Source: Sedimentisphaerales bacterium (GTDB taxonomy: Bacteria; Planctomycetota; Phycisphaerae; Sedimentisphaerales; SM23-30). From it: 64,000 nucleotides of DNA. This document shows positions 20,424 to 31,524 of the stretch, one piece after another. Under the pieces are notes generated by a model. The model was not told the origin of the DNA and did no database searches. It saw nothing but the letters and a program-made list of their open reading frames with translations. Within the stretch, counting starts at the first letter, position 1. Each line of letters starts with the position of its first letter. The stretch covers positions 64,001-128,000 of the forward strand of contig CAXXFK010000025.1 of NCBI GenBank assembly GCA_963663965.2, written 5' to 3'. The translations under genes were made by a program, and so were the position numbers.

Positions 20424-20829
20424 TACCCTCGAATTCTATATTATCAGAATTTTTTTCGTGATTATCATATAGTTCACCGGCCAGTCTGACAAATTCTTCC
20501 CGGCTAAAACTAAAGAGCCTGGCCTGAGCGGCGATATTTTTTAAATTCTCGCGCAGTTCCATGATTTGTTTTTCCTGTTTTACGGATGTTTCCAACTCTA
20601 CGACAAACAAACCAATGCCACGTTTACGAGTTAATAATCCCTCTATTTCAAGATACGAATAAGCTTTGCTGATAGTCATGGGGTTAACTTGCAGTTCGCT
20701 CGCTAACTGGCGTACGGTTGGTAATTGGGTTTCCGGAGCTATAACTCCCGAGAGGACTTGGCTACGGATTTGGTCCATAATTTGGCGATATATCGGAACG
20801 CCCGAATGTGCTTCAATTTGTAAAATCAT
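20410..20829 (-). CDS. GntR family transcriptional regulator, YtrA subfamily
   Basis: PIYRQIMDQIRSQVLSG, LPTVRQLASELQVNPMTISKAY, RGIGLFV. Short C-terminal domain; followed by ABC genes. Start at MILQIE is preferred over 20844. Confidence 0.9.
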   Translation of the reverse strand: MILQIEAHSGVPIYRQIMDQIRSQVLSGVIAPETQLPTVRQLASELQVNPMTISKAYSYLEIEGLLTRKRGIGLFVVELETSVKQEKQIMELRENLKNIAAQARLFSFSREEFVRLAGELYDNHEKNSDNIEFEGIDHE

Positions 20830-20842
20830 AATGAAAACCTGC

Positions 20843-20870
20843 ATAGTGTATTACTAATATAATACACTAT
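20843..20870. promoter_or_regulatory. YtrA-type GntR operator (perfect 11-bp inverted repeat)
   Basis: ATAGTGTATTA-ctaata-TAATACACTAT immediately upstream of the gntR start. Matches the long GTGTA..TA-N6-TA..TACAC form of YtrA sites. Confidence 0.8.
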
Positions 20871-21101
20871 ACATCGGGTTTTTTTCATTGGCAAGGAAAA
20901 AATTAAAAATTTGAATACCCTTCAATAATTAATAAAATTTCAAATTTAACAGGGGCATATACTGGTAAATATTTGGAATTGAGATAGTTATACGACATGA
21001 TAAGTGGGTTGAACGGCACGAATTATTTTTTGGATGACAATAAAAAGCAATGCTAAACATTGCTATATTAAGTTAAAGATTACCAAATCAGGAATGCCAC
21101 A

Positions 21102-21665
21102 ATGGCGGATGATAAAGAACAAATTGAAATGTCCATTACTGCTGATCAGAATAATCAAGGTGAACAAGTTGAACGCTTTGTTAAACTTTTAACAGCCAAC
21201 CAACATCGGATATATACTTATATTTTGAGTATGATGCCAAATAGTAGTGATGCAGATGACATTATGCAGGAAACCACTACCATAATGTGGCGTAAGTTCA
21301 GTGATTATCAGGCCGGGACGGATTTTGTGGCTTGGGGTAATGCGATAGCCTATTATACGACCATGAATTATCGCCGAAAGAAGAAAAATGTATTGCATTT
21401 GAGTGATGAAGCCATTGAGGCCTTATCATTTCATACCCCAAAGACAACTGAGCGCATGGAGCATCAGATGGATCGGCTTAGTGATTGTGTTAAAAACCTT
21501 GAAATTCAGGATCAACGAATCGTTTATATGCGCTATAACCAGGAAATGGATGTAAAGACAATTGCCGAAAGGTTGGATATGCAGCTAAGGCGAGTCTATC
21601 GTCATATTACTCGCATCCATTCGTTGTTATTACGATGTATATCCCGAAGTGAGGGGATACTATAA
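21102..21665 (+). CDS. ECF RNA polymerase sigma-70 factor (Rhodopirellula/Verrucomicrobium type)
   Basis: FVKLLTANQHRIYTYI, DADDIMQET, WRKF, DFVAW, region 4 MRYNQEMDVKTIAE. Confidence 0.9.
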   Translation: MADDKEQIEMSITADQNNQGEQVERFVKLLTANQHRIYTYILSMMPNSSDADDIMQETTTIMWRKFSDYQAGTDFVAWGNAIAYYTTMNYRRKKKNVLHLSDEAIEALSFHTPKTTERMEHQMDRLSDCVKNLEIQDQRIVYMRYNQEMDVKTIAERLDMQLRRVYRHITRIHSLLLRCISRSEGIL

Positions 21666-21666
21666 A

Positions 21667-23376
21667 ATGAATCGACAGAATAACCTGGACAGGAATTTTT
21701 CTGATTGGATTACTGCGGCGCTTGAGGGAAGCGCCAGTGAAGAAATTATGGCTGCCTTGAGTCGCGAGATTGTAATTAATCCCGCCGCCCGTGATTACTA
21801 TATAAAGGTTGTTGCGGTTCATGCTCATTTGGCCAAGGTGGTTGATTTGTCTCTGCTGAGGGATGCTTCTATTGAAATTGTTGAGGATGCTGGAGAGGCT
21901 TTTCGAGAGGTAATAAAAAGAGATCTGGAAGATTCCAGTATTCGTAAATCATTGTGCGAATTGGAACCGGAAGGTGAAAGTGGGCTACGAAATAAAGCTC
22001 TGGCTCCGGTGCGGGTACGGATTAGTACTCGAGAACTCCGCAATATGTTGATTCGAACCGCCGCAGTGTTGTTATTATGTCTTGGCGTTTTATGGTTCGA
22101 TCGAGCTGTTCAGCATGCGGCTCAGCAAAGAGATCATTTTATTGTTGCGCGGCTCACGGAACAAGTCGGCGCCCAATGGGATCCTGTTCTGGGGCCATTC
22201 AATGTAAATGATTTAATCTGGAACGGCGATTATCGCCTTGATAAAGGCCAAGTCGAACTTAAAACCATTAAAGGAGCCCGGGTATTAATTGAAGGACCTG
22301 CTGTTTTTTCGTTGGTAACGGACGACAATATGATCATGCGGCAGGGTAAGCTTTACGCTTCAGTTCCCCAACGGGCTATTGGCTTTACTGTCAATACGCC
22401 TAACGCGAAAGTAATCGATCTAGGAACAGAATTCGGAATTGAAATCAATAATATTAATGATGATATGCAACTGCATGTTATTCAAGGCAAGACAACACTT
22501 ATCGCCGGATCGAATGAAAGTCGAACCAGTCTGCCTGTAAGTCAGGATTCAGCCATGAAGGTAACAGGGTCAAATGGGCAGGTTACGGTTATTGACTGCG
22601 AATATGAACGATTTATTCGCAGGATAAATACTGCTACGGGGACAATTTGGCGTGGGCAATCAAAATTCGATCTGGCGGATGTGGTTGGAGGAGGCAATGG
22701 ATTTGGTACGGGAGTACGAGAATCCGGATTACATACATTTTCAGGGACAGTAGGCGCTTATATCGACCATGATCGTGTGAGTGATAATCGCTATCGACTA
22801 GTTCCAGCGGTGCGCTATATTGATGGTGTATTTGTACCTAATGGTGAATATAAACAATATATCAGCTCTCGTGGACATGTCTTTTGGGACTGCCCGATTA
22901 CGAATAGTATATGTGGTAAAGATTTGATAAATGGACGTGGATTGGCTATGGGTGATTATACTGAATATCCGGATATTTCTAATATCGATAGTAATTCTCG
23001 TTTATTTATTCATTCAAATCTCGGAATAACTTATGATTTGGACGCGATTCGCGCGGATATCCCAGGAACGGAATTGACGTGTTTTAGCGCCCGTGCCGGC
23101 ATTTCGGACAACTCACCTCGAATTGGTAATGCCGAAATGTGGGTATTGATTGACGGTCAGGTAAGGTTTACCCAGCGATTCTCGGAAGTGGGTCAACTGG
23201 AAGCGGTAAATATTGAGTTGAAACCTTATGATCGCTTCTTAACGCTGATCAGCACGGATGGTGGCGCAACCGATCCGCAGCAACCTGATTCACGACCCGA
23301 GACCGATTCTGACTGGTGTGTATTCGACGATCCGTATCTAAAAATTGAACCTGTCGCATTTGGAAATAGCAAATAA
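21667..23376 (+). CDS. FecR-like anti-sigma factor with C-terminal NPCBM-like domain
   Basis: TM helix, GARVLIEGPA, GFTVNTPNAKVIDLGTEFG, HVIQG. C-terminal HSNLGITYDLDAIR...VLIDGQVRF...RFLTLISTDGG...DWCVF. Follows the ECF sigma. Confidence 0.85.
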   Translation: MNRQNNLDRNFSDWITAALEGSASEEIMAALSREIVINPAARDYYIKVVAVHAHLAKVVDLSLLRDASIEIVEDAGEAFREVIKRDLEDSSIRKSLCELEPEGESGLRNKALAPVRVRISTRELRNMLIRTAAVLLLCLGVLWFDRAVQHAAQQRDHFIVARLTEQVGAQWDPVLGPFNVNDLIWNGDYRLDKGQVELKTIKGARVLIEGPAVFSLVTDDNMIMRQGKLYASVPQRAIGFTVNTPNAKVIDLGTEFGIEINNINDDMQLHVIQGKTTLIAGSNESRTSLPVSQDSAMKVTGSNGQVTVIDCEYERFIRRINTATGTIWRGQSKFDLADVVGGGNGFGTGVRESGLHTFSGTVGAYIDHDRVSDNRYRLVPAVRYIDGVFVPNGEYKQYISSRGHVFWDCPITNSICGKDLINGRGLAMGDYTEYPDISNIDSNSRLFIHSNLGITYDLDAIRADIPGTELTCFSARAGISDNSPRIGNAEMWVLIDGQVRFTQRFSEVGQLEAVNIELKPYDRFLTLISTDGGATDPQQPDSRPETDSDWCVFDDPYLKIEPVAFGNSK

Positions 23377-23521
23377 GAATTCGTGTTATTTCAAAGGACA
23401 GGAAGATGCAGGTCGTAAAAAACAACTTGTAAATTAATGAAATATTTTCAGGTGCCGGCTATTTAGTGCGGTTACTTGTATTGATCTTTTATCTTTGTTT
23501 AAGAAAGGGTGTCTTTAAACG

Positions 23522-25738
23522 ATGAAAAAAGTACTGATAGCATTAATGACCGTTACGATTTCCAATTGTTTATATGCGGCATGGGGACCGATTAACGGGC
23601 CGTTAAGCACACCTTGGACAGATCAGGTAACGCCGGATAATGCCTGGTCGGAATATCCGCGTCCACAGATGGTACGTGATCAATGGTATAATCTAAACGG
23701 ACTATGGGATTATTCAATAGTCGCCAGAAATGAAAGCCGGCCCGAACAGTGGGCCGGTCAAATTTTAGTCCCCTTTCCAGTAGAATCCTCGCTAAGTGGC
23801 GTAATGCAATCAGTTATGCCAGATCAGTGTTTGTGGTATCGTCGCGATTTTAAAGCGCCTGAGTTAGAAATGGGTGAGCGTTTATTATTACATTTTGGCG
23901 CGGTTGATTGGGAATCGACTGTCTGGGTGAATGGCTGGGAAGTTGGTCTGCACCGGGGAGGTTACGATCCTTTTGTATATGATATTACCGAATACTTAAT
24001 AGCAGGTGATAATGAACTGATCGTTAAAGTATGGGATCCAACCGATCAAGGTTATCAACCTCGCGGCAAACAGGTTCTTAAACCTGGTGGCATTATGTAT
24101 ACTGCGGTTACCGGTATCTGGCAAACGGTCTGGCTGGAGAAAGTTCCGGCTGTGTATATCGAGTCACTAAAAATTGTTCCTGATATTGATCGTAAAATTG
24201 TAATGGTAACGGTAAATACTTCTAATATGACCAGAATAGAATTAGTAGTTTTAGATGGAACTCAGGAGGTGGCGCGTGCAACAGGATTTCGTGGGCAACC
24301 AATCGAAATGGCTATTGCTAACCCCAAGCTCTGGTCGCCCGATTCGCCGTTTCTTTATGACTTAAAAGTGTCATTGCTGTCACGTGGTGAGCGAAGGGGG
24401 GATAGTGTGATGAGTTATTTGGGGATACGTAAAATTGAAGTTCGCAAAGATTCGCAAGGGATTAATCGTCTTATGCTTAACAACGAAACCTTGTTTCAAT
24501 ATGGTCCGCTGGATCAGGGTTGGTGGCCGGATGGGCTATATACTCCCGCCAATGATGAAGCGATGAAATACGATATTGTTATGACAAAAAAGTTCGGCAT
24601 GAACATGGCGCGCAAGCATGTAAAATATGAATGTGCCCGCTGGTATTACTGGTGTGATAAATTGGGATTAGTAGTTTGGCAGGATATGCCTGCCGGCGAT
24701 AGTGGCCGGAACTGGGAAAGCAAAATGAATTTTCGACGTGAAATGAAGGCAATGATTGATACTTTACATAATTTTCCATCAATTATTATGTGGGTGCCAT
24801 TCAATGAGGGGTGGGGTCAGCATGACACGCCCGAGACGGTTGCCTGGGTAGAGCAATATGATCCAACACGCCCGGTCAATGAGGCCAGTGGCTGGACGAA
24901 CCATGGCAGTGGGACAGTGTCCGATATGCATAATTATCCCGGGCCGGGTATGCGTCCGGTTGAGGAGGATCGGGTGAGTGTGCTGGGAGAATTTGGTGGT
25001 TTGGGGATGGCAGTGCCGGGTCATCTCTGGCAGGAAGATCGCAATTGGGGATATGTCTCTTATAAGACTAGTGAAGAATTGACTGATGCCTATGTTGGAT
25101 TAATGACTCGAATGCGTTTTTTGGTAGGACAGGGTTTGTCTGCGGCGGTTTATACCCAGACTTCCGATGTTGAGATTGAAGTCAATGGCTTGATGACCTA
25201 TGATCGGAAACTGGTTAAAATGGATCTGAATCGTATTGCCGAAGCCGCCCGGAAACTTTATTTGCCACCACCAGTAGTGAAAACGCTGGTTCCTTCCAGT
25301 CAGTACGAAAAACAAACCTGGAAGTTTACTACTGCCATGCCTGATGAGAATTGGTTTGCAGAGAATTTCAATGATAACGACTGGCAGAGTGGACCAGGTG
25401 GTTTTGGCGCCGAAGGAACGCCTGGGGCAGTCATCGGCACAAAATGGGATACGCCTGACATTTGGATCCGCCGGGAATTCCGGATAAATGAATTGCCCAG
25501 CCAGGGGGAGCTATTATTGAACTTGCACCATGATGAAGATGCTCAAATTTATCTGAATGGACAATTAGTACAATCGGTTAATGGCTATGTCGGAGAGTAT
25601 TCCTTTTTTTCGTTGAATACTAAAGTGGCCAAGGCATTAAAAGTGGGGCGAAATACTTTGGCGATTCATTGTCATCAGACTCGTGGCGGACAATTTATTG
25701 ATGCCGGTCTGAATTTGATTATCGATTTACATAACTAG
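23522..25738 (+). CDS. Glycoside hydrolase family 2, secreted
   Basis: EYPRPQM, LHFGAVDW, HRGGY, TGIWQTVWLE, GPLDQGWWPDG, RKHVK, WVPFNEGWGQ, LGEFGG, AAVYTQ. Confidence 0.95.
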   Translation: MKKVLIALMTVTISNCLYAAWGPINGPLSTPWTDQVTPDNAWSEYPRPQMVRDQWYNLNGLWDYSIVARNESRPEQWAGQILVPFPVESSLSGVMQSVMPDQCLWYRRDFKAPELEMGERLLLHFGAVDWESTVWVNGWEVGLHRGGYDPFVYDITEYLIAGDNELIVKVWDPTDQGYQPRGKQVLKPGGIMYTAVTGIWQTVWLEKVPAVYIESLKIVPDIDRKIVMVTVNTSNMTRIELVVLDGTQEVARATGFRGQPIEMAIANPKLWSPDSPFLYDLKVSLLSRGERRGDSVMSYLGIRKIEVRKDSQGINRLMLNNETLFQYGPLDQGWWPDGLYTPANDEAMKYDIVMTKKFGMNMARKHVKYECARWYYWCDKLGLVVWQDMPAGDSGRNWESKMNFRREMKAMIDTLHNFPSIIMWVPFNEGWGQHDTPETVAWVEQYDPTRPVNEASGWTNHGSGTVSDMHNYPGPGMRPVEEDRVSVLGEFGGLGMAVPGHLWQEDRNWGYVSYKTSEELTDAYVGLMTRMRFLVGQGLSAAVYTQTSDVEIEVNGLMTYDRKLVKMDLNRIAEAARKLYLPPPVVKTLVPSSQYEKQTWKFTTAMPDENWFAENFNDNDWQSGPGGFGAEGTPGAVIGTKWDTPDIWIRREFRINELPSQGELLLNLHHDEDAQIYLNGQLVQSVNGYVGEYSFFSLNTKVAKALKVGRNTLAIHCHQTRGGQFIDAGLNLIIDLHN

Positions 25739-25908
25739 AATAATAAAATTCATTCGAAAGGGAAAACCATGCTTACTACATCTGGTTTTATATAACCAAG
25801 GCGATATGAAAAACGTTGGTTTAGAAAGAGATATGCATTAAAAGCAAATAGCAAGATATGGTATTCGCATTTTTTATCTAAAACAGTGTTTTCTAAAGGA
25901 GAATTGTT

Positions 25909-27879
25909 ATGAAAAAAGTATGGTTATTAGCCTTGGCTATGATTTCGTTAACCAGTATAGCAACAGCCGGTCAGGTGAAATTGGAGCGATGGAATCTGTC
26001 GAACGGGACAGTGCCATTCATTGCCGATTTGCTGGCTTGGACCGAGACGGCCCCGGCGCCGAGTGTAACCGGAACTCTGGCCACGCTGGAAATGCCAAAT
26101 CAAAACCAGGAGTATTATGCCGCCAAGATCAGTGGCTGGCTGGTACCACCGGCCAATGGCAGTTACACGTTTTATATTGCCAGCGACGATGAAGCCCAGT
26201 TATGGCTGAGTCCGAGCGAAGATCCGGCCTCGGTTGCCCTGCTGTGTCAGCAATCCAGCGGTTGGGTAGCCTGGCGCCAATGGGAAGCCAAGGCCGAACA
26301 GAAATCCGCCCCGGTGACGCTGAAGGGCGGCAAGCCCTATGCCGTTATTGTGGTTCAGCGGGAAGGTTATGGCGGCGATTTTGTTAATGTGGGTTGGACC
26401 GGACCGGTAGTTGGCACGGCGATAACGGTGGTTTCTGGGGATTATCTGGTAGAAACCCACCCATACAAAATAGTGCAGCCGGTGCCGGCTGATGGCGCCG
26501 TGGATGTAACCGGTACGGTGTTAAGCTGGCAGGCAGCTCCGGTCGTGACGGGCGCCACCTACAATGTATATGCCGGAACCGATCCGAATAATCTGTCAGC
26601 CAAATCAACCGGTCAGAGTGATTTATCATATACCCTGGGTGCCAGTCTGGCGGATCTGGGATACGATACGACCTGGTATTGGCGTGTGGATGTGAACGAT
26701 CCGAATACGGGGGGGACCCCGGTGACCGTGATGGGCGATAAATTATCGTTCACTACTAAAGATGCGTTGCCATTTATTACCGAAGAACCCGCCAGCCAAT
26801 CCGCCAAAGCGGGAGTGGAAGTCGTGCTGAGTTGTCAGGCCGATTCAGTGGGTGATACCAATATTCAGTATCAATGGTTCAAGGTTGTCGAAGAGGGTGA
26901 CGATCTGGCGGTAACCGTCTTGGGAGCCGATCAGAATGAGTATACGATAGCGGCGTTGTCTGAGAGTGATACGGGATATTATTATTGCCAGGCCACCAAC
27001 AGCTACGGTGTCGCAGAGAGCGCCCGGGTACGCGTCTATCTTCAGGCAGGTCTGATCCATCGGTACAGTTTCAACGATGGCACCGCCGATGATTCGGTGG
27101 GTGGCGCGAATGGTACGTTAATCAATACGACGGGTACTTCGACCATACAAGATGGTGAGTTGACCCTGGGTAATGACGGCACGCAGGAATCGAATGCCGG
27201 CACGGGGGATTATGTGGATCTGCCGAATGGGATTATATCGGCGTTAAATACGCAGATGACGATCGAAGTGTGGTATACCTGGAAGCACGATGTGAATGAG
27301 AATAATCATTCGGGTCAGTGGCAGCGTATCTTCGATTTTGGCAGCAGTAACGAAGGCGAAGATTTCTCCAGCGGCGCCAGTAACTCCTATTACATTATTG
27401 GCGTGCCCTATGGCGGCAACGGTGTTTTACGTACTGGTTATCGTCGGGGGCCGGATGGCAATGAGCAGGTGATTGATGGCCATGCTGTTGCTCGTAATGA
27501 AGAGAGTTATATGGCGGTGGTCTGGAATGAAGAGGTCAACCGGGTTGAGTTGTATCAGGATGGCGAACTGGTTGGCAGTAATGTCACTCATTTCAGCCTG
27601 TCGGATATTGTGGATGTGAACAACTGGCTTGGCCGCGCCCAGTGGAATGACCGGATGTATAACGGCAGTATCAATGAGCTGCGAATCTGGGACGAGGCGA
27701 TCAGCGGCGGCTGGATCAAGGCCCGTTATCAGGCGGGTCCGGATAATCCGTTCCCGGCTGATGCCTGTGTGAGCGCACCTGCCAACGACTTAAATGGTGA
27801 TTGTGCAATTGATCTGGAAGATTTTATTATTCTGGCAAATGAGTGGCTCTATTGTGGACTGGCATCTTGTCTGCAATAA
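25909..27879 (+). CDS. Secreted PA14 + Ig-like + LamG domain protein with dockerin-like C-terminus
   Basis: GWLVPPANGSYTFYIASDD (PA14), YQWFK...DTGYYYC (Ig), HRYSFNDG...WQRIFDFG...INELRIW (LamG), DLNGDCAIDLEDF. Confidence 0.85.
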   Translation: MKKVWLLALAMISLTSIATAGQVKLERWNLSNGTVPFIADLLAWTETAPAPSVTGTLATLEMPNQNQEYYAAKISGWLVPPANGSYTFYIASDDEAQLWLSPSEDPASVALLCQQSSGWVAWRQWEAKAEQKSAPVTLKGGKPYAVIVVQREGYGGDFVNVGWTGPVVGTAITVVSGDYLVETHPYKIVQPVPADGAVDVTGTVLSWQAAPVVTGATYNVYAGTDPNNLSAKSTGQSDLSYTLGASLADLGYDTTWYWRVDVNDPNTGGTPVTVMGDKLSFTTKDALPFITEEPASQSAKAGVEVVLSCQADSVGDTNIQYQWFKVVEEGDDLAVTVLGADQNEYTIAALSESDTGYYYCQATNSYGVAESARVRVYLQAGLIHRYSFNDGTADDSVGGANGTLINTTGTSTIQDGELTLGNDGTQESNAGTGDYVDLPNGIISALNTQMTIEVWYTWKHDVNENNHSGQWQRIFDFGSSNEGEDFSSGASNSYYIIGVPYGGNGVLRTGYRRGPDGNEQVIDGHAVARNEESYMAVVWNEEVNRVELYQDGELVGSNVTHFSLSDIVDVNNWLGRAQWNDRMYNGSINELRIWDEAISGGWIKARYQAGPDNPFPADACVSAPANDLNGDCAIDLEDFIILANEWLYCGLASCLQ

Positions 27880-27921
27880 GAGTGATCAAAGGCTATTAAC
27901 ACCGTTTTGTTAAATTTGATA

Positions 27922-27960
27922 ACAACCAGGCCTGGTGCAATGCCAGGCCTGGTTGTCTTT
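27922..27960 (+). terminator. Intrinsic terminator-like hairpin
   Basis: acaaccaggcctgg-tgcaatg-ccaggcctggttgt followed by cttt, about 40 nt after the stop codon. Confidence 0.7.
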
Positions 27961-28126
27961 GATTGAGAAGGTTAGAATGATTTACTAACTTATGAATATT
28001 GGGATTTGTTGTAGATATATATACTGTATTAGAAATCTAACCAATTTATAAGAATCATCTTGCCGATGTAATACAACATGCAGTTTAAGTAAACGGCTTT
28101 GCATCTAGATATATGGATATAAGAAA

Positions 28127-31100
28127 ATGAGACAAAAAATAAAGATCTGTCTGACGTTATTACTAGTTTTTATTGTTAGCAGGCTGGTACAGGCGGGCAA
28201 TTCGGGTCTGACGCACCGATACAGTTTTAATGATGGGACCAGTCGTGATTCTGCAGGCGGCGCTGATGGCGTTCTGGTCAATCGGACTGGTGGATCTTAT
28301 TATATTGATGGTCAGGTGGTTCTGGGTAATGATGGCAGCCAGTTATCGAATGGCGCTAACGGAGACTTTATCGATCTTCCCAATGGGATTATCTCGGAAA
28401 ATGGCGATCAGGCGAGTTTTGAGTTCTGGCTGACCTGGCAAGACGATGCCCAGAAGACCTGGCAGGAATTTGTGTCGTTTGGCGCCAGCGATGAGGGGGA
28501 AAATTTCAGTACGGGAGGACAACATTCGACGTATATTATGATGACGCCCAAGGCCAATAATGACCAGTTACGTTGCGGCTACCGTTATGGCCCTGCTCAG
28601 AACGAACATTTTTTGAATGCCGGTTCGTTAATGGCGCTTTATGAAGAGGTTCATGTGGCCGTCAGCTGGGATGCGCAAAGGGGGCGAGCGGCACTGTTTG
28701 TGAATGGTGAACAAGTTGCACAGAACAGTATTCATTTTTCGCTGGCGAATGATCTGGATGATGTTAATAACTGGCTGGGACGTTCGCAGTGGGATGATCC
28801 CATGTTCAGCGGGTCTTATAATGAAGTACGAATCTATAACCGGGCGCTGACGGCCGCGGATGTCAAGGCGAATGATCTGGCCGGGCCCAACGCGATGCCT
28901 GCCAGTCAGCCCAGTCCGCCGGATAACGCGATCGGAGTGGCATCTGACGCGGTTTTGAGTTGGCTGCCGGGTGAAATTCTGCCGGGAGGTTTGGTGGGGT
29001 ATGATATCTACCTGGGAGAGGATGTGGATTTGGTAGCAAATGCCGGAACAAACGATACCACCGGGATTTATCGCGGCTTTTTCCTGCCGGGAGTGACTCA
29101 ATACGATCCACCGGTGGATATTCAACTGAATAAGGATTATTTCTGGCGAATCGATGAACGCACCCATGTTGGGACAATTAAGGGTGCGATCTGGCGTTTT
29201 GGCGCGCCAAAGCAGTGGGAAATGAAACAAGCGCCGTTGATGACGCCCTGGGCGGATGATATAGACCCGGAAAATGTATTGCCGGAGTATCCCCGGCCGC
29301 AGATGGTGCGTGAAAATTGGATGAATTTAAATGGCATCTGGCAGTATGAGCCCGGGATTCTGGATGATAATGTGCCATCCGGGCGTGATTTGAGCGAAGA
29401 GATTCTGGTGCCGTTCCCGGTGGAATCGGCCATTTCGGGCGTGATGGAACACCATGACCGTTTATGGTATCGTAAAATGGTTACTTTGCCGGAAAACTGG
29501 CAGGGGCAGACAATATTGTTGCATGTCGAGGCATCTGACTGGGAGACGGAGGTTTATGTCAATAATCACAGCGCGGGCGTGCATCGGGGCGGATATAATC
29601 CGTTTTCATTCGATATTACTCCCTATTTAGTGGCCGGAACGGAACAGGAAATTATTGTGCGGGTGTATGATCCCACGACAGCCGCTCGGGGTAAACAGAC
29701 GCTATCGCCAAGCGGGATCTGGTATACGTCGGTAACGGGGATCTGGAATACGATCTGGCTGGAGCCGGTGAATCCGGTTTATATCGAAGATCTGGAGATG
29801 GTCCCGGATGTGGACGGCGGGCAACTGATACTGACAGTTGAAAGCAATACTGCCAATGGCAATTATGGCATCCACGCGGTGGCGCGTGCCGCTGGTCTGA
29901 TTGTGGCCGATGTAACTGGGGCAGTGGGTGATACCCTGAATCTGCCGATACCCAACGCACGGTTGTGGTCTTATTACGATCCGTTCTTGTATGATCTGGA
30001 CGTTGAGCTCACTTATAACGGTCAGGTGGTGGACCGGGTTGACAGCTATTTTGGCATGAGAAAGATCGAGTTGAAACCGATTGACGGGCATCAACGGATC
30101 TGTCTGAATGGCGATTTTATCTTCCAGATTGGTCCGCTGGACCAGGGATACTGGCCGGACGGGTTGTATCGGGCGCCGACTGATGAGGCGCTAAAGTGGG
30201 ATCTGGATATGATCAAGGCTTTTGGTTTCAATATGTTACGTAAACACGTGAAAGTGGAGCCGAGGCGGTGGTATTACTGGGCGGATAAAATGGGGATTCT
30301 GGTCTGGCAGGATATGCCCAGTACCAACAGCACCCCGAGCGGCGCGCAGCAGGTGCAGTTTGAAGCGGAACTGGCCGAGATGATCCGGGATCATCGTAAT
30401 CATCCTTCGATTATCATGTGGGTGGTCTTTAATGAGGGCTGGGGCCAGTACGATACGGTTCGGGTGACGGAATGGACGATGGGGTTGGATCCGTATCGGC
30501 TGGTGAGTTGCGCCAGCGGCTGGACCGATTATGAAGTGGGTCATATCCGTGACCGTCATTCGTATCCATCGCCGGGGGCGCCGCCGGTAACGACTACGCG
30601 CGCGATGGTATGCGGCGAATATGGCGGAATTGGCTATCGGATCGCCGATCACCTGTGGGATCAGGACCCGTGGGGCTATACGACGGTGAGTTCTTCGGAT
30701 GAGTTAGAGAATCTGTATGGCTCGTATTACAGCGCGCTGATCAGTCTGATCGACGATCCGGGACTGGACGCGGGGGTTTATACCCAGATTACCGATGTTG
30801 AAAATGAGGTTAACGGGTTGATAACCTACGACCGTAAAGTGATTAAGGCGGATCCGGAGGATATCGCGCTGATTCATCAGATGCTTTATTCGAAGTTGTA
30901 TGTGGCGGTACCGACATCTGAAAATGAGCCGCAAACCTGGCGTTATCGAACGAATTCGCCTTGGTCGAACTGGTATCGAAGCTGGTATAACGATTCGAAC
31001 TGGAACAGCGGCGAGGGCGGTTTTGGTACTGCCGGTACGCCGGGGTCAGTCGTACGGACGGAATGGAGCAGCAGTGATATCTGGCTGCGGCGTCAGTTTG

Positions 31101-31501
31101 CCGGGCCGGTATTGACTCCGGAAGAAATCAGCCGGTTGACGCTCTGGATCCATCATGATGAAGGCGCGGAGATCTATCTGAATGGTGTGCCGGCGGCGAC
31201 GGTTGGTGGATATACCACGGGTTACGGGCCGGTGGCGATCAGCAGTGAAGCCAAGGCGGCTTACTTGTCTGGACAGATCAATTTGCTGGCGGTGCATTGT
31301 CATCAGACGACTGGCGGTCAGTATATCGATGTGGGGCTGGCGTACCGGGGTTGTATCTGCGCGCCGGGTGAATGTCTGGATTTGACTGGAGATGATATGA
31401 CTTCGGTTGAGGATTTGATTGTGTTGTCGCAGGACTGGCTTGATCCTTATACCATCGTTGATTTTGACCGGATGTCTTCGAACTGGAATATCTGCCGGTA
31501 A
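28127..31501 (+). CDS. LamG + GH2 glycoside hydrolase with dockerin-like C-terminus
   Basis: N-terminal LamG (HRYSFNDG...NNWLGRSQW), then EYPRPQM, GPLDQGYWPDG, WVVFNEGWGQ, CGEYGG, AGVYTQ; C-terminal DLTGDD. Confidence 0.9.
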   Translation: MRQKIKICLTLLLVFIVSRLVQAGNSGLTHRYSFNDGTSRDSAGGADGVLVNRTGGSYYIDGQVVLGNDGSQLSNGANGDFIDLPNGIISENGDQASFEFWLTWQDDAQKTWQEFVSFGASDEGENFSTGGQHSTYIMMTPKANNDQLRCGYRYGPAQNEHFLNAGSLMALYEEVHVAVSWDAQRGRAALFVNGEQVAQNSIHFSLANDLDDVNNWLGRSQWDDPMFSGSYNEVRIYNRALTAADVKANDLAGPNAMPASQPSPPDNAIGVASDAVLSWLPGEILPGGLVGYDIYLGEDVDLVANAGTNDTTGIYRGFFLPGVTQYDPPVDIQLNKDYFWRIDERTHVGTIKGAIWRFGAPKQWEMKQAPLMTPWADDIDPENVLPEYPRPQMVRENWMNLNGIWQYEPGILDDNVPSGRDLSEEILVPFPVESAISGVMEHHDRLWYRKMVTLPENWQGQTILLHVEASDWETEVYVNNHSAGVHRGGYNPFSFDITPYLVAGTEQEIIVRVYDPTTAARGKQTLSPSGIWYTSVTGIWNTIWLEPVNPVYIEDLEMVPDVDGGQLILTVESNTANGNYGIHAVARAAGLIVADVTGAVGDTLNLPIPNARLWSYYDPFLYDLDVELTYNGQVVDRVDSYFGMRKIELKPIDGHQRICLNGDFIFQIGPLDQGYWPDGLYRAPTDEALKWDLDMIKAFGFNMLRKHVKVEPRRWYYWADKMGILVWQDMPSTNSTPSGAQQVQFEAELAEMIRDHRNHPSIIMWVVFNEGWGQYDTVRVTEWTMGLDPYRLVSCASGWTDYEVGHIRDRHSYPSPGAPPVTTTRAMVCGEYGGIGYRIADHLWDQDPWGYTTVSSSDELENLYGSYYSALISLIDDPGLDAGVYTQITDVENEVNGLITYDRKVIKADPEDIALIHQMLYSKLYVAVPTSENEPQTWRYRTNSPWSNWYRSWYNDSNWNSGEGGFGTAGTPGSVVRTEWSSSDIWLRRQFAGPVLTPEEISRLTLWIHHDEGAEIYLNGVPAATVGGYTTGYGPVAISSEAKAAYLSGQINLLAVHCHQTTGGQYIDVGLAYRGCICAPGECLDLTGDDMTSVEDLIVLSQDWLDPYTIVDFDRMSSNWNICR

Positions 31502-31524
31502 TCATTATCTCTATTTCCAAAAGC

